A stretch of 64,000 nt of DNA, taken from NCBI RefSeq assembly GCF_009914755.1, contig NC_060943.1, one strand, 5' to 3'. The translations under genes and the position numbers were made by a program. This document shows positions 40,578 to 53,526 of this stretch, piece by piece (the first letter of the stretch is position 1; every line of letters begins with the position of its first letter). The stretch comes from the human T2T-CHM13v2.0 reference genome, Homo sapiens. Under the pieces are notes generated by a model. The model did not search any database. It worked only from the letters and a program-made list of their open reading frames with translations, and was not told where the DNA came from.

Positions 40578-42652
40578 GGTGACAGACCCAGAATTATCAT
40601 GGACCAGCTTAACTTCAAAATGCAAAATTTTATTTCCCTTTCTCTTTAGTCTTGAGATATAACCTTGAAACAAACTGCAGAGGCCTTTTCCCTTAACCTC
40701 AAAATAGACTCCAGGTTGGTCCCTTTCCCACTGTAGATTCACATCACATTTACCAAACTGCATGCTAGTATCTAGTTTGGTGCTTACTTGGGAGTTCCCC
40801 GGGCTAATCTGGAGACAGGTGTACCAAGCCTGTAGACCCAGCTGCAGCATCCCAGTGGTTAGCTCAAGGTGACTAGTCAACACCAGCCATTGTTTAGATG
40901 ATGCCAGCCCATGCTCCAGGTAGACAGAGACCCAATGAGAGGTGACAACGTGCTGGTGGCCCTCGCTTGCTCTCAGCACCTCCTCAGCCTCGTGTCTGCT
41001 CTGGCCATGCTTGAGGAGCCCTTCAGCCTGCCGCTGCACTGTGGGAGCCCCTCTCTGGGCTGGTTGAGGCCGGAGCCAGTTAGCTTTCCGGGAGGTGAGG
41101 AGGGAGAGGCGCAGGTGGGAAGTGCGGGAACTGGGGCTGCGCGGCTCTCGGGGGCCAGCGTGAGTTCCAGGTGGGCTTGGGCCTGGTGGGCCCGCACTCT
41201 GAGCGGCCGGCCAGCGCCACCCGCCCTGGGCAGTGAAGTGCTTAGCACCCGGGCCAGCAGCTGCAGAGGGGGCCCCGGATCCCCCAGCACTGTTGGCCTG
41301 CCGGCGCCACGCTCAAATTCTTGCCGGGCTTCAGCCGCCTCCCCAGGGGGCAGGGCTTGGGACCTGCAGCCCACCATGCCCGAGCCCCGTGCGGTGGGCT
41401 GCCGCGTGACTGGAGCCTCCCTGACAGACACTGACCCCTGCTCCGTGGCACCAGTCCCATCTACCACCCAAGGGCTGAGGAGTGCAGGTACTCTGCACAA
41501 GACTGGCAGGCAGCTCCACCCTCACTCGGCCCCAGCGCAGGATCCACTAGGCAAAGCTAGCTGGGCTCCTGAGTCCGGTGGGGACTTGGAGAACTTTTAT
41601 GTCTAGCCGGAGGATTGTATATGCACCAATCAGCACTCTGGCACTCTGTGTCTAGCTGGGGTTTTGTGGATGCTCCAATCAGCACTCTGTATCTAGCTAA
41701 TCCGGTGGGGACTTGGAGAACTTTTATGTCTAACTAGAGGATTGTAAATGCACCAATCAGCACTCTGTGTCTAGCTGAAGGTTTGTAAATGCATCAATCA
41801 GCACCCTGTGTCTAGCTCAAGGTTTGTAAATGCACCAATCGGTGCTCTGTGTCTAGCTAATCTAGTGGGGACTTGGAGAACTTTTGTCTAGCTAGAGGAC
41901 TGTAAATGCACCAATCAGCACTCTGTGTCTAGCTCAGGGATTGTAAATACACCAATCAGCACCCTGTCAAAATGGACCAATCAGCTCTCTGTAAAATGGA
42001 CCAATCAGCTCTCTGTAAAATGGACCAATCAGCAGGATGTGGGTGGGGTCAGATAAGGGAATAAAAGCAGGCTGCCCGAGACAGCAGCGGTAACCTGCTC
42101 ACTCCAGTCTTTTCCCACACTGTGAAAGCTTTGTTCTTTGGCTCTTTGCAGTAAATCTTGCTGCTGCTCAGTCTTTGGGTTTCCACTGCTTTTATGAGCT
42201 GGAACACTCACTTCAAAAGTCTGCAGTTCTACTCTTGAAGCCAGCCAGACCACTAACCCACCAGAAGAAAGAAATTGTGAACCCGTCCAAACGTCAGAAG
42301 GAACAAACTCTGGACGCACTGTCTTTAAGAACTGTAACACTCACCACGAGGGTCCATGGCTTTGTTCTTGAAGTCAGTGAGACCAAGAACCCACCAATTA
42401 CACCAAGATAGCCACCAAAACAAGACACACAGACCTTGCACCCAGGTCAGCCCCTGCATGCCTCCCATGTCAGGTTTCCCTGTACAAATCCTTGCCTTCT
42501 CCCCAGAAATTTGAAGTGGCGGGCTTTGGATGGGAATCCAGCCACTTCCCCTTTGCTGGTTTTGGTTAATAAAAGTCACTTGCTTACTAACAGACCCCAC
42601 CCTTGTCAAGTGGGCTCTGCAAGCATAAGGGGTTAGACCTGCATTCCATTAC
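40578..42652 (+). mobile_element. Older ERVL-type LTR (MER73/MER74-like) split by LTR12
   Basis: Host sequence is continuous across the CCAA TSD (...GAGACCCAA / GATAGCCACC); 3' part has AATAAA and ends ...GACCTGCATTCCATTACA. Confidence 0.55.
40936..42402 (+). mobile_element. Solo LTR12 (ERV9; LTR12D/E-like)
   Basis: TGAGAGGTGACAACGTGCT start; tandem CACCAATCAGCACTCTGTGTCTAGCT enhancer repeats; end GAGACCAAGAACCCACCAATTACA; perfect 4-bp TSD CCAA (40932-40935 / 42403-42406). Confidence 0.95.
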
Positions 42653-44469
42653 AGAATTGTTTGCAGGGAGTGAGGGAAGGATAGAGCTCATGAGAGACAG
42701 GTCCCCTACAGAGCCTGGGGTGCTGTGTCCTTGATGAGGAACGGAAGTCTTGGGTTTGAGTCCCAGCCTTCCCCACCCACGATGATTGCAGCAAGTCACT
42801 CAGCCTCTGTGCCCACTGGGCTGGGGCTGTGGGCTCAGCTCGTACCAGGGGTCACCTTGGGCACCCTCAGGCCAACTGTGCCCAGGTTCGCCTTTCTGCA
42901 TCAGCAGGCAGAGCCACTCATAGCCTCCCCCCAACCCTCATGCAGAGAAGGAAGGAGCCAGCTCTATTTTCCAACCAAATGCTGCACATGGACTTCTGGA
43001 GACATCCCCCATCTCAGTGCTTGGCCCCCATCTCAGAACTGTAAGAGAAGGCAAGATCCCAGGACCTGTCGGGCAGCAGATAAATGAGCAGGACTGCCAG
43101 GCCTCCCCGCCTCTACTCTGGCATTATGAGAAGGAAGCCATAGCTCCCTCCCCATCAGCCTTAAAGGGAAATAACTGCCGATCCTAAGCAGAAACCTCAT
43201 GGGGTGGGTGGTGGAGGCTTTGGAGGTGTCCACAGTCCTCTCCTGACTTCAGTTCTCCCATCTGTGAAATGGGGGCAAGAATTCCGGCCACCCGAGGTTA
43301 TCCTGAAATCACATTTACCTATGGTGAGGTTACCTATCCCACCAAGTGCCCCAGTAACTCGTGGCTGAGAGTGAACCAGCCCGGGGAGGGAAGAGTCTCA
43401 GGGCCTGGTGCAGGGCACCCCCTGGGGAAGCACGGTGCCCACCCCCCGTCCCACACCAACCTCGTTTCTGTCAGTGGCTGCCAGGGCTCTGCAGAGCCAG
43501 AACCCATTTCAGGCCAGAATGGTAACATTTCCCAAGAAGGAGAAAATTAGATTGTCTCTGGATCTGCCTCCTCCACCCACTCCTTCCGAAAGCTCCCTGG
43601 TGGGCACTGTTGCTCTGCAGGGAGGCTGATCCAGACTCCACAGACAGTTCTCACTGAGCAGCAGCTTAGGCCTGCAGTACGTCCCTGCGTGATGACCGCG
43701 TGGAAAGCCTGTGGGCAACCAGCTGCTGGAGGCCCCCTGCCTTCCCTCCCGCCTCTGGAGGGGACCTAGAGGCCACACTCCTGGAGGAGATGGGATTCCT
43801 TGCCCCACAGATTGAGGACTGGGGACCATGCCCTCATCCTATCTCTGCCGCTAAGCTGCTGTGCAAACTTGAACACAGCTGTTCACCTCTCTGGGTGCCA
43901 CATTGGGATGAGCCCTGGCTCCTGAGCGAGCAGCCCCACTGCTGCCTGGAAGTGAATGACCCACGAACCTGAAAGGCTCTGGGAGCTGGCCAAGTGCTGT
44001 CATCATAGCCCCTGCCCAGTGGGAGGGAATAGATGGTGACCCCCAAGGGACATGCAGTGGCCCAAGGACCTGGACGCACCTGATATGAAGGAGAGGAGGA
44101 GTCAATGCCACAGTGAGGACCTGGGAGGCAGGCAGACTGGGCCAACCTCGCCCAGCCTGAGAGTGGCCTCTGTGCAGGAAGCTTCCAGTTTTCTGGAGTA
44201 CCCAGGCCAGGGGTTTAGGACAGAGTCCTCTCATCCCTGCAGGACTGGGTGCCGTGGGCCACATTGCCAGAATGCCACATTGCCAGACTGAATCAGAGGC
44301 TGCAGTGAGAGGCTCCCAGAGGTCCCTCCTGGGGAGTGGGGAATGGGCTCTCTGGAACGCCCACGGGCTCTCAGAAGAGGGCTCCAGGGGCTCAGAGTGC
44401 GGGGGAGTTGCGGGCATCCTCAGGGGTGCAGTGGGGAGAGGCCACAGGACCACAGCTGTGACTCAAATT

Positions 44470-45830
44470 GTATTGTTTGTTATTTTTTTTAGATATAACA
44501 TACCTGCAATCAAGTATCTCCAGTGTCTGGCTGAACTAATTTTAGCCCAAGAATCCACTGTGTAACCATCACCCAGATCAAGACATAGTGTATTTCCAGC
44601 ACCCAGAAGTTTCCATCGGGCCTCTCTCCCATCGCTGACCCAAGTCACTCTCCTGTCACTGCCAAGCTGACCACTATTCTAACTTCTATCACCACTGATT
44701 AATTTTACCTAATTTTGAACTGCATTTAAATGGTGCTTTTTTCCCCAGCAAAATGTTTTTGAGATTCTCTGTGCAGATGCACTTATCAGTAGGTTTTCTT
44801 TTCTGTTTTATTTGCTAAGTCATATTTCATTGCATGGTTGTACCCAATTGGTTTAGCCTGCTAATATGCACTAGATGGTTTTCCTATTGGGGGTATTATG
44901 AATAAAGCTGCTGTGAACTCTTGTTTCTGTCTTCGGTACACATAGCCATTATTCCCTGGGTATATACCTGGGAGTGCCGTCAATGAGGCATAAGGTGTAT
45001 ATGTGTTCAGCTTTGGGAGGAAACGCCAAACAGTTTTCCAAAATGGTTGTGCCACTTCTCATTTCCACTTGGAATGTCCCAGGTGCTTCGTGTCCCCACC
45101 AATACTTGGTATTGTTCGTCTTTTATTTTAGCTGTTCTGATAGGCAATATTTTACTGTGGCCTTATTTTGCCTTTCCCTGGTGATTAATGATGTGGAACT
45201 TTTTTTTAACTAGTGGTTGACCATTTCTTCATTTTCTTTTGTGAAGTGCCTGTTCAAGTCGTCTGCCCATTTTCTTATAGAGTCCCCTATCCTTTCTTTG
45301 ATTTATAGGCATTCTTTATATATTGCAGATACCAACTTCTTTATCAAGTATATGTATTTTGAACATCTCCCAGTCTACGGCTTGCTATTTCTCTCTGTTT
45401 TCCTCCTTCCTTCCCTCTTTCTTCCTTCCTTCCTTCCCACCCTCCCCCCTCCCTCCCTCCCTCCCTGTCTCTCTCTCTCTCTCTCTTTCTTTCTTTAATT
45501 TCAATTTTCATTTTAGATGCAAGGGGTACCAGTACAGGCTTTTCACTTGGGTATATTATGCGATGCTGAGGTTTAGGGGATGGTTGATTGCATCACCCAG
45601 GTGGTGAACAAGATTCCCGATGAGTAGTTTTTCAGCCCTTGCCTCCCACCCTCTCCTGCCCCTAGTAGTTCCTAGTGTCTACTTTTGTCATCTTTATGTC
45701 CATGCTTTTCCCTCTGTTTATGGTGTCCTTTGAAGAACAGAAGCTGCTAGTTTTAAGGAAGTTAATGGATCTTTTCTTCTATGGCTGGTGCTGTCTGTTT
45801 CCTGTTTAAGGGAATCTTTATGTTTCCCAA
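44470..45830 (-). mobile_element. Old L1ME-type 3' portion
   Basis: GTGTAACCATCACCCAGATCAAGACATAG, TTTTCCAAAATGGTTGT, TCTTTTGTGAAGTGCCTGTTCAAGTC. Confidence 0.8.
45400..45704 (-). mobile_element. Short L1PA15/16-like 3' end nested in L1ME, tail decayed to CT-rich repeat
   Basis: GGGTATATTATGCGATGCTGAGGTTT...CATCACCCAGGTGGTGAACA; TSD-like TTTCTCTCTGTTT / TTTCCCTCTGTTT. Confidence 0.7.
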
Positions 45831-46084
45831 GATGTGACCTGCAATGTATTCCATTCAGTCAGCACCGACTGGGCAAATCACCTACCAGGTGTTTCTGGGC
45901 TCGTCCCCAAACTTCCATGGGTGAAGAAGTGTGCTGCTCTGCTCACATTTTGCTCTGAGGACCCTGCTGAGTGCAGAGTGGGAAGGCGAGGCACAGGGTG
46001 AAGTCCCATTATGAACAAGCCTGCAGATGTGTGGGAGGTGAATCGAGGGGGTCTTGACAATGCCTGTCTACACGAATGGTTTTG

Positions 46085-46372
46085 GTTTTGTTCTTTGTTC
46101 TTTTTAGAGACAGGGTCTCATTCTGTTGCCAAGGCTGGCGTGCAGGGGTATAGTCATAGGTCCCTGCAGCCTCTAACTCCTGGGCTCAAGTGATCCTCCT
46201 GCCTCAGCCTCCTGAGTAGCTAGGACTACAGCCACCATGCCCAGCTAATTTTATTTTATTTTTCTATTTTTTGCAGAGACAGGGCCTCCTTATGTTTCCA
46301 AGACTAGCCTTGAACTCCTGGCCTCAAGGGATCCTCGTACCTCAGCCTCCAGAAGTACTGGGATTATGGACA
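46085..46372 (-). mobile_element. AluJ
   Basis: GAGACAGGGTCTC...CCTGGGCTCAAGTGATCCTCCTGCCTCAGCC. Confidence 0.9.
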
Positions 46373-46529
46373 TGGGGTTCTAAAGGTTCTACAGCAAATG
46401 ACTTGACTTCCCAGTGTTCTGGAGTGCTGTGTTGGTTCTCTCCCATCCCTACTTCTCTCCACTCTTTGGGAAGGAGGTGGAAGCTGAGAAGAGGCTCCTA
46501 GAGACAGCAAATGTCCAGGTTCTGTGCAG

Positions 46530-46715
46530 AGTTCCTGAGTCAGCAGATGTGGGTTAGAGGCTTCCAGCTCTGCCACTCGCCAACCTTCTTATGCCTCAGT
46601 CTCCTCACCTTTAACATGAGGATAGTAACAGGGTCTACCTTGCAGGGTCACTGGAGGAAGTAAACGGGACAATGCATGTGAGGTGCATACAGTCGGTGCT
46701 CAATAAATGGTGGGC
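46530..46715 (+). mobile_element. MIR
   Basis: TGCCTCAGTCTCCTCACCTTTAACATGAGGATAGTAACAG...GTGCTCAATAAATG. Confidence 0.8.
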
Positions 46716-46801
46716 AATTTTATTTACCAGACAACAAGTGGAATAAGGTCTCAGGTGCCCTTCAGTTTTAAATGGCCATCTGTTGTCTTGATAAGGGCTC
46801 G

Positions 46802-47361
46802 TTTTTTTTTTGTTTCTGGTTCTGTTTGTTTGTTGTTTTGTTTTGTTTGAGACAGGGTCTCACTCTGTCACCCAGGCTGGAGTGCAATGGCAGGATTTTG
46901 GCTCACTGCAACCTCTGCCTCCTGAGTTCAGGCAATTCTCCCACCCCAACCTCCCAAGTAGCTGGGAGTACAGGCATGGGCTACCACATCCGGCTAATTT
47001 TTGTATTTTTAGTGGAGACAGGGTTTCACCATGTTGGCCAGGCTGGTTTGTTGTGTTGTGTTTTGTTTTGTTTTGTTTTTGAGAGGGAGTCTTGCTCTGT
47101 AGCCCAGGCTGGAGTACAGTGGTGTGATCTTGACTCACTGCAACCTCTACCTCCCAGATTCACGTGATTCTCCTGCCTCCGCCTCCCGACTAGGTGATTA
47201 CAGGCATGTGCCACCATGCCTGGCTAATTTTTGTATTCTTAGTAGAGACAGGGTTTCACCAGTGTTGGCCAGGCTGGTCTCAAACTCCCAACGTCGGATG
47301 ATCTGCCTGCCTCAGCCTCCCAAAGTGCTGGGATTAGAGGTGTGAGCCACTGCTCCTGGCC
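46802..47361 (-). mobile_element. Two tandem antisense Alus: 5'-truncated (46802-47046) and full-length AluS (47047-47361)
   Basis: Two (GTTTT)n tails; the first copy stops at GGCCAGGCTGGT. Confidence 0.9.
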
Positions 47362-48111
47362 TGAGGGTTCAGCTTTTCCTTGCAGGAGGCCTCCAACCAA
47401 GCTCCTTGCATCCATCTTGCAGTTCTGTGTGAATGTCTAGGAGGCCTGAATGGTACAGAGCAACAAGCCCCAGCAACCTCACCTCTGGGCTCCTGCTCTA
47501 GCCTGCTCCCCATGGCTTATCATTAAAGTACCAAGAGCAGATGATGGCTCCACTCCTCCCACTCCAGAGCTCCCAGCTGTCAGGCCATCCTGCTCCCAGA
47601 CAGCCGTTTCTGTCCTGTCCCTCCCCAGGCAGTGGCTCTGTCCTCCCATATACTTGTTCTGTTTCACGGGTGGCTCCTGCTGCCTGCTGGCAGCCATTTC
47701 AGCCAGCGAGTTTATCCAATATAATAAAACAGCTACCACCCCAAGGAGGTGTCAGAAGAGCAAATGCATGTATGTCCTTTAGATTTCAGAGAGCTCCTTA
47801 ATTAATTGGCCAACCCCAAGAGGCGGCTGCCCAGGGCCTGGGGCCATGTCAGAGAATCACAGCCCACCCTGTCCACAGCACAGAGACTGGGCTCTCCTGG
47901 CAGGGGCGCTTGCTTGTCACAGTAGCATTCAATCGATGTGTGTGGAATGAATGGATTAACTAACGACAAGAGCCCAGCTGTCCTGGATTCATGCATTCAC
48001 GCATGTATTCATTCAGTTTCCACTCAACAAGCATTACGGAGCACTACTGTTTTCAATAAATGTTTGTGACCAGAACTGAAGAATTCCTTTAGCAAAACAC
48101 AGAATCCCTCC

Positions 48112-48568
48112 TGTAGTTGATAGTAGGGGTCAGTGGGGTGTGAAGTGGCAGTGTTTCACCTGCCCAAGGGATGCCTCTTCTCCTCTTCTCAACAGCCCCA
48201 TGAACTAACAGTCCACAGCCATGATGAGAAGTTTCTCTGTTTTCTGGTCCCTACACAGCCTGTTCTGGCTTCACTGAACACATTTTCTGAATCTCTACTG
48301 TGGACACCTAAAAATAACAGCCTAGTGCATCCCTGAGTCTGAGGCTCCATCCCTGTTGATGGCGCCTCCTGCTTCAGGCTTGAAAGAATGGACCTGTCTC
48401 TGGAGCAGGTAGCCTTGGGAAGGAGGAACCAAGCCTCCAGGCTTGGCCCAGGAGGGAAGACGAGCAAAGCTCCCTGCCCCAGTCCCTCACTGTGCACAAG
48501 GACCCAGAGACAGGCTTTCTGAGAAGCATTTTTCCCACAGCTCCTGGGATCTCACTCACATGCGCTCG

Positions 48569-48651
<83 letters not shown>

Positions 48652-49500
48652 TCCCCCTCTCCCCTTCTAACCCTCTGGCTGCCTTTCCCAGCCTCAGCTG
48701 AAGCAGTGACTGAGTGTTAGACTTGGAACAATAGCAGATGCTCCCCAGCTGGCATGCTCTGTTCTCTTGGGTTCCATCGTCCCCTGGCTGGCATTTCAGA
48801 ATCTCCCAATGTTAGATGACCGAAGATGGGATATGGCCAGATCCTGTCCTGGGATTCAAATGGTTCTGTCAGGGACAATGCTGGTGTTGACCACCTCCTG
48901 GAATACTGCAGGATTCTTTCAGAGCAACAGCCAAATGAAGACAGCCGTGGGATCAAGCCTTCTGTACTAATTGTGATGTCACTGGGAAGTGGGCTTCCCC
49001 TGTGGACACTGGATTGCTATTGGACCTGAGTTTTCAAGGTTCTGGCCAACCTGGGCAGCTAAGGAAGCTCCCTGACACAGCAAACCATGGCTGCAGTACA
49101 CAAGTGTGCTACAGCCCAATCCTGGACATATGGTCGTTACCAAAACCCCAGTCATCTTCTTGAAGGAGCCTTAGTATAGGAAACCAGAGGTGACCTAGAA
49201 TCTTCTATTTGATCAAGGGATGGCTCATTATCTGACTTAGCACCAGGGATTCATGCTAAGATGTATTGTCTCTTGATATCAGAGTCAAGACCCAGGTAAG
49301 CTGGCCCGTGAGGCGTGGTTCCCATCGCCAGGAGACAACAGCCGCGCTGACCAGCTGCTGGCAATTTCTTCGGTCACCCTGCCTCTCAACTTCCAAAGCC
49401 CCATGGTTTTCGGGTTTACCCACATATGACCCTTATGTAAATTTGCTTGTCCCAAGAACCCTTAACTCATATCGTGTCTGTTTCCTGTGTGGTTGGTTAT
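48112..49500. mobile_element. Probable ancient LTR, family uncertain
   Basis: TGTAG start, internal (CT)n, LTR-like 3' end (ACCCTTAACTC...GTGTCTGTTTCCTG); no TSD seen. Confidence 0.35.
48575..48668. repeat. (CT)n microsatellite
   Basis: Direct inspection. Confidence 0.95.
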
Positions 49501-49914
49501 TGATATAGTTTGGATAAAATGCCTTGGTCTTTAGTATAGTTTGGATATTGTCCTCTCCAAATCTCATGTTAAAATAAATGTGACCTCCAATGTTGGAGGT
49601 GAGGCCTGGTAGGAGGCATTTGGATTATTGGGGCAGATCCCTCATGAATGGCTTGGTGCCCTCCTCGTGGTCATGAGTGACTTCTCGCTCTATTAGTTCA
49701 GGAGTTTAAAGGAGACTGGCACCTCCTTCTCCCTCTCTCGTCACATGATGTGCCTGCTACCCCTCCACTTTCCACCAAGATTAGAAACTTCCTGAGGCTT
49801 CTCCAGAAGAAGATGCTGGTGCCTGCAGAACCATACGCCAAATAATCCTCTTTTTAAAAATAAATTGCCCAGCCTCAGGGATTCCTTTATAGCAATGCCA
49901 AATGGACTAATACA
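49501..49914 (+). mobile_element. MSTB/MSTB1 solo LTR
   Basis: TGATATAGTTTGGATA...GGGGCAGATCCCTCATGAATGGCTTGGTGCC...GGACTAATACA; TSD-like GTTAT / GTCAC. Confidence 0.88.
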
Positions 49915-50944
49915 GTCACTACTATGTGCGTTCATAGGCAGAAGGCATTGCAGGGCAATGAACAGAGCCATTGGTTAAAGATTTGCCAACACTTCCCAGC
50001 ACATGCTTCCTTTAAACATCTCGTGTTGCCAACTAATGAGAAGAAATGGTATCCACAAATAATACCAGCAGTCCGCACACCTGAGGAGTAAGTACTTATT
50101 CAGAAAGCTTTGCTCCAATGACAGTGGGAGGAAAATTGGCCAAAGCAACAGGGACTCCCCCAGGTACAGTGTGAAGAGCAAGTTTCTCCCCAGATATCCT
50201 CAGCAAGAAGATGGCAGGATCCACAGAGAGACAATGTCCCCTTTTGGGCAAACAAGAGGGAAGGTGTGATCATCACGCTGTGATCTGAAAACCCCACGGT
50301 AAGCACAGTGGAAGTAATGACACCAACCACTGGCCTTTACTGTGCACTTTGTCTGTGTCGGGCATGAGACTGAGAATTTTGCCTTTATTATTCTAGTTAA
50401 TCCTTCCATTTACACTGTGAGACTGTTGCTACCACTTCCTCTATTTTACAGTGGAGGAAATTGAGTCTCAGAAAGGTTAAGGAATTTGCTCAAAGTTGCA
50501 GAACTAGTAAGTAGCAGAAGGCAGTTTACACCCAGGTCTGTCTACTTTTACAATTTATTTGGCCCAGTGTCCTGCCTGTGCCACCCTCTGCCATGTGCCC
50601 CCTTGTCCAGAGGCCCTGGAGCTCAGGTCAGGGGCTCATTCAAGCCTGCCGCGTGGGGCTGGGCCAGAACATCCCTCAGCAAAGCCATCTTTACACAAGC
50701 TCAAAGAGGCCCCGACCCAGATCTTGAGCGGATCTGGGATCTCCGTGTCCCCATGGCTTTCCTGACATCTTGAGGTTTCAGTATCTGGACATGAGCAAAA
50801 GTGTCATCTCTCTACCTGCCTAAAGGGAAAGTCTCCATTCAACTGAAGAATCTTCTTTTCTCTCTTCACTTGATTATAAAGAACACACTTCTGTTAACTT
50901 CAATATTTGCCTTAGCCCCACACTCTATTTAAAAGCCAAACATG

Positions 50945-51240
50945 GTGCCGGGTGCAGTGGCTCATGCCTATAATCCCAGCACTTCAGGAGGCCAAGGCAG
51001 GAGGATCACTTGAGACCAGGAGCCCAAGACCAGCCTGAGCAACACGGTGAGACCCCATCTCTACAAAAAATTATTTAAAATTGACCAGGCTCGGTGGCAC
51101 ATGCCTGTAGTTCCAGCTACTGGGGAGGCTGAGGTGTGAGGGCTCACTTGAGCCCGGGAATTGGAGGCTGCATTGAGCTATGATTGCCCCACTGCACTCT
51201 AGCCTGGGCAACAGAGCAAGACTCTATCTCTAAAAACCAA
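50945..51240 (+). mobile_element. AluJ
   Basis: GGAGGATCACTTGAGACCAGGAG, GGAGGCTGCATTGAGCTATGATTG. Confidence 0.9.
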
Positions 51241-53526
51241 AGACGAAATTGTGTTTCCAGTTCTCCTCCAAGGCCATCCAGGCCACACACTGGACCCCAA
51301 CAGCCTTCCTCCCAATCTCTCTCTCAACACAGGACTGCAGGTTTTGGATTTCTAGTTGTGGCACAAGCATTACTCTGGCCAACCCTAAAATAAGGCCCAG
51401 CACTGCCTTCCCTCCATGAACACAGGCTGGGTCCCCCAGTTGAGAGTCTACCATAATCAATCTGTCTACATGGGACCGTCAGGAGAGCCGCCAAGAGATC
51501 AGAGGTGTGGAGGCAAGGACTTAGCCTGCAGGGCCCAGCTCTATGACTTTGAGGAAAGCTCCCATTACTGCAGACCTGGGTTTATTCTGTAAAATGGGGG
51601 TGCTTCCAGCCTGCCCCAGCGCCCCCAGGCAGTGAGTCAGGGTGCTTGGCAAGTGTTTCACTTTGCAGAAAATGGTCTCCTCTCCTGTGGGTGAGAAGTC
51701 CCACCACTGTGCCAGGCATTCCATCAGCAGCAGTTCCAGGAAAACCTTCATGAGTCTCCTTGGAAAAATTATGTATATTAGTTACATAGGCCCCCCCTAA
51801 TTCAGGTCTGAGAGCGCTCTGTGGGACTTCAGTCAATATTGGCTGAAAATCAAATACAGACCTTGTTATGATTCCATGCAAACACTGCACTGAATTCCAC
51901 CAAAGCATGCTCCAGGCTTGAGAGAGAACATTACATTAACTTGCACAACTGTCCATGGGGCAAAACACATGTCCTGACCCCTCTGCCAATTACAAGGATG
52001 CGGGCTCCACCCAGGCATTCTCATAAATTCAAGGACTCCACTATCGAGGCAGCAAATCAGCACCAACACACTTGAAAACAAGCGGGCATAGATAGAGACT
52101 GAGAACTGATGTAACTGACTTGATTGAGAATGGACGCCCAATATTCAAGTGAATGAGTAAGTGAATGAGTGAGTGAGTGAGTATGTGAGTGAATGGAGAG
52201 ACAGCTAAGTGGAATAAAGAACATCAGATATGGAGTCACAAAATCTGAGGTCTAATCTTGCTCTTTCATTCACTGTAATTTTCTAGCTTACCTTCTAAGC
52301 CTCTGTTTTTTCATCTATAAAATAAAGTGAAGATTATATATAGTAAAGATTAAGTGAAATGATCCTTGTAAAGTGCTTAGCACAGTGACTGGCATATAGG
52401 CTCTCAAAAAATTATAATAAACAACCACTCAATAATAATGACAAAGCCACATACCAAAATGCACAATTGAGATTTAGGTACCTTAGAAGCATTGGCTACT
52501 TTTAAATGTAGATATAGAAAAAGACTGACCCACTCAGGATTGGGTTGTATGTTTCTGTTTGGAGGCATCCCTGCTTCAAACTCATGCCAGTATGAAAAGC
52601 AAAATGTAATTCAAGAAGTTGTAAAATACATAGCCATCTTCAAAAATAAACACTGCAAGAATAAGATATGATTTGAAAACAAAAAGTGGCAGAACTCCAG
52701 TGGCTGAATCCCTGAAGTTCCTATTGTGAGGAGTGGTGGGACTACGAGTAACCTCTGGGAGGCAAGGGCATAACTGAAAGCCACTGTGTGAGCCCACCGG
52801 CTGAAGCTGTCCCCTGAACATGGGAAAGGTAGCTGGGAAAAAGTATGACGGACTGTGAGCGGGTGAAAGGGGATGCACTAGATGATTGCCACATCTAGGA
52901 TCTGAGCGATATCAAAGAAGTAGAAAGTCTGATATCTGTGGAATTCGTTGGGTGCTGCTAAATGTTATTGATACATTGAAGATTAAAATTACAGACTCAA
53001 GTCAGTCAATTACCAATTTAAGGCATGGATGATAGGCAAAAGGCCTCCATGACAATGCTTAAATAAATCATCCTTCCCATGGTCAGATAGCAGACCATCC
53101 AGAAGATGGAACCTAGAATCTGAGTGAAAGAGAGCAACGCTTCAGAGAGAAGTGGGGTCCCATATGCCAAAATTAAGGTCTTGACAGGACAGAATTGGGA
53201 CCCTGAAATGGGGTAGAGACATCTGGGTGGAGAGTTGAAAACACTAAACCTCCAGATTCCCTGGAACTCTCTCTACCTGCAGAAGTGGTGGGCTATTCCT
53301 TTGCAGGAGACAGCAAATGCCCTTGCTTGAAATCTACTCAGAGGCCTCAGTGGTGACAATCTCTTGTAAGACTGTCTTTCCTCCTCAAGATCTTCCTTCA
53401 CCACACTCTACCCTCACCCCCACTGGCCACAAGAACAATAACCAGGGTGGAGTCTCAGTAAGGTCTAACTAGGAAATACTGGCCCTCCTAAAGTAAAAGA
53501 AGGGCAATTGAACAAAAATGTCTGGC

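Noticed and set aside
39412-40618. 381-aa and 396-aa ORFs and the E/R/G-rich opposite-strand ORFs
   Set aside because: Translations of the GA/CT tract, which lacks stop codons by composition.
40911-41606. 231-aa ORF
   Set aside because: Lies almost entirely in the GC-rich LTR12 U3 region, a common source of spurious ORFs.
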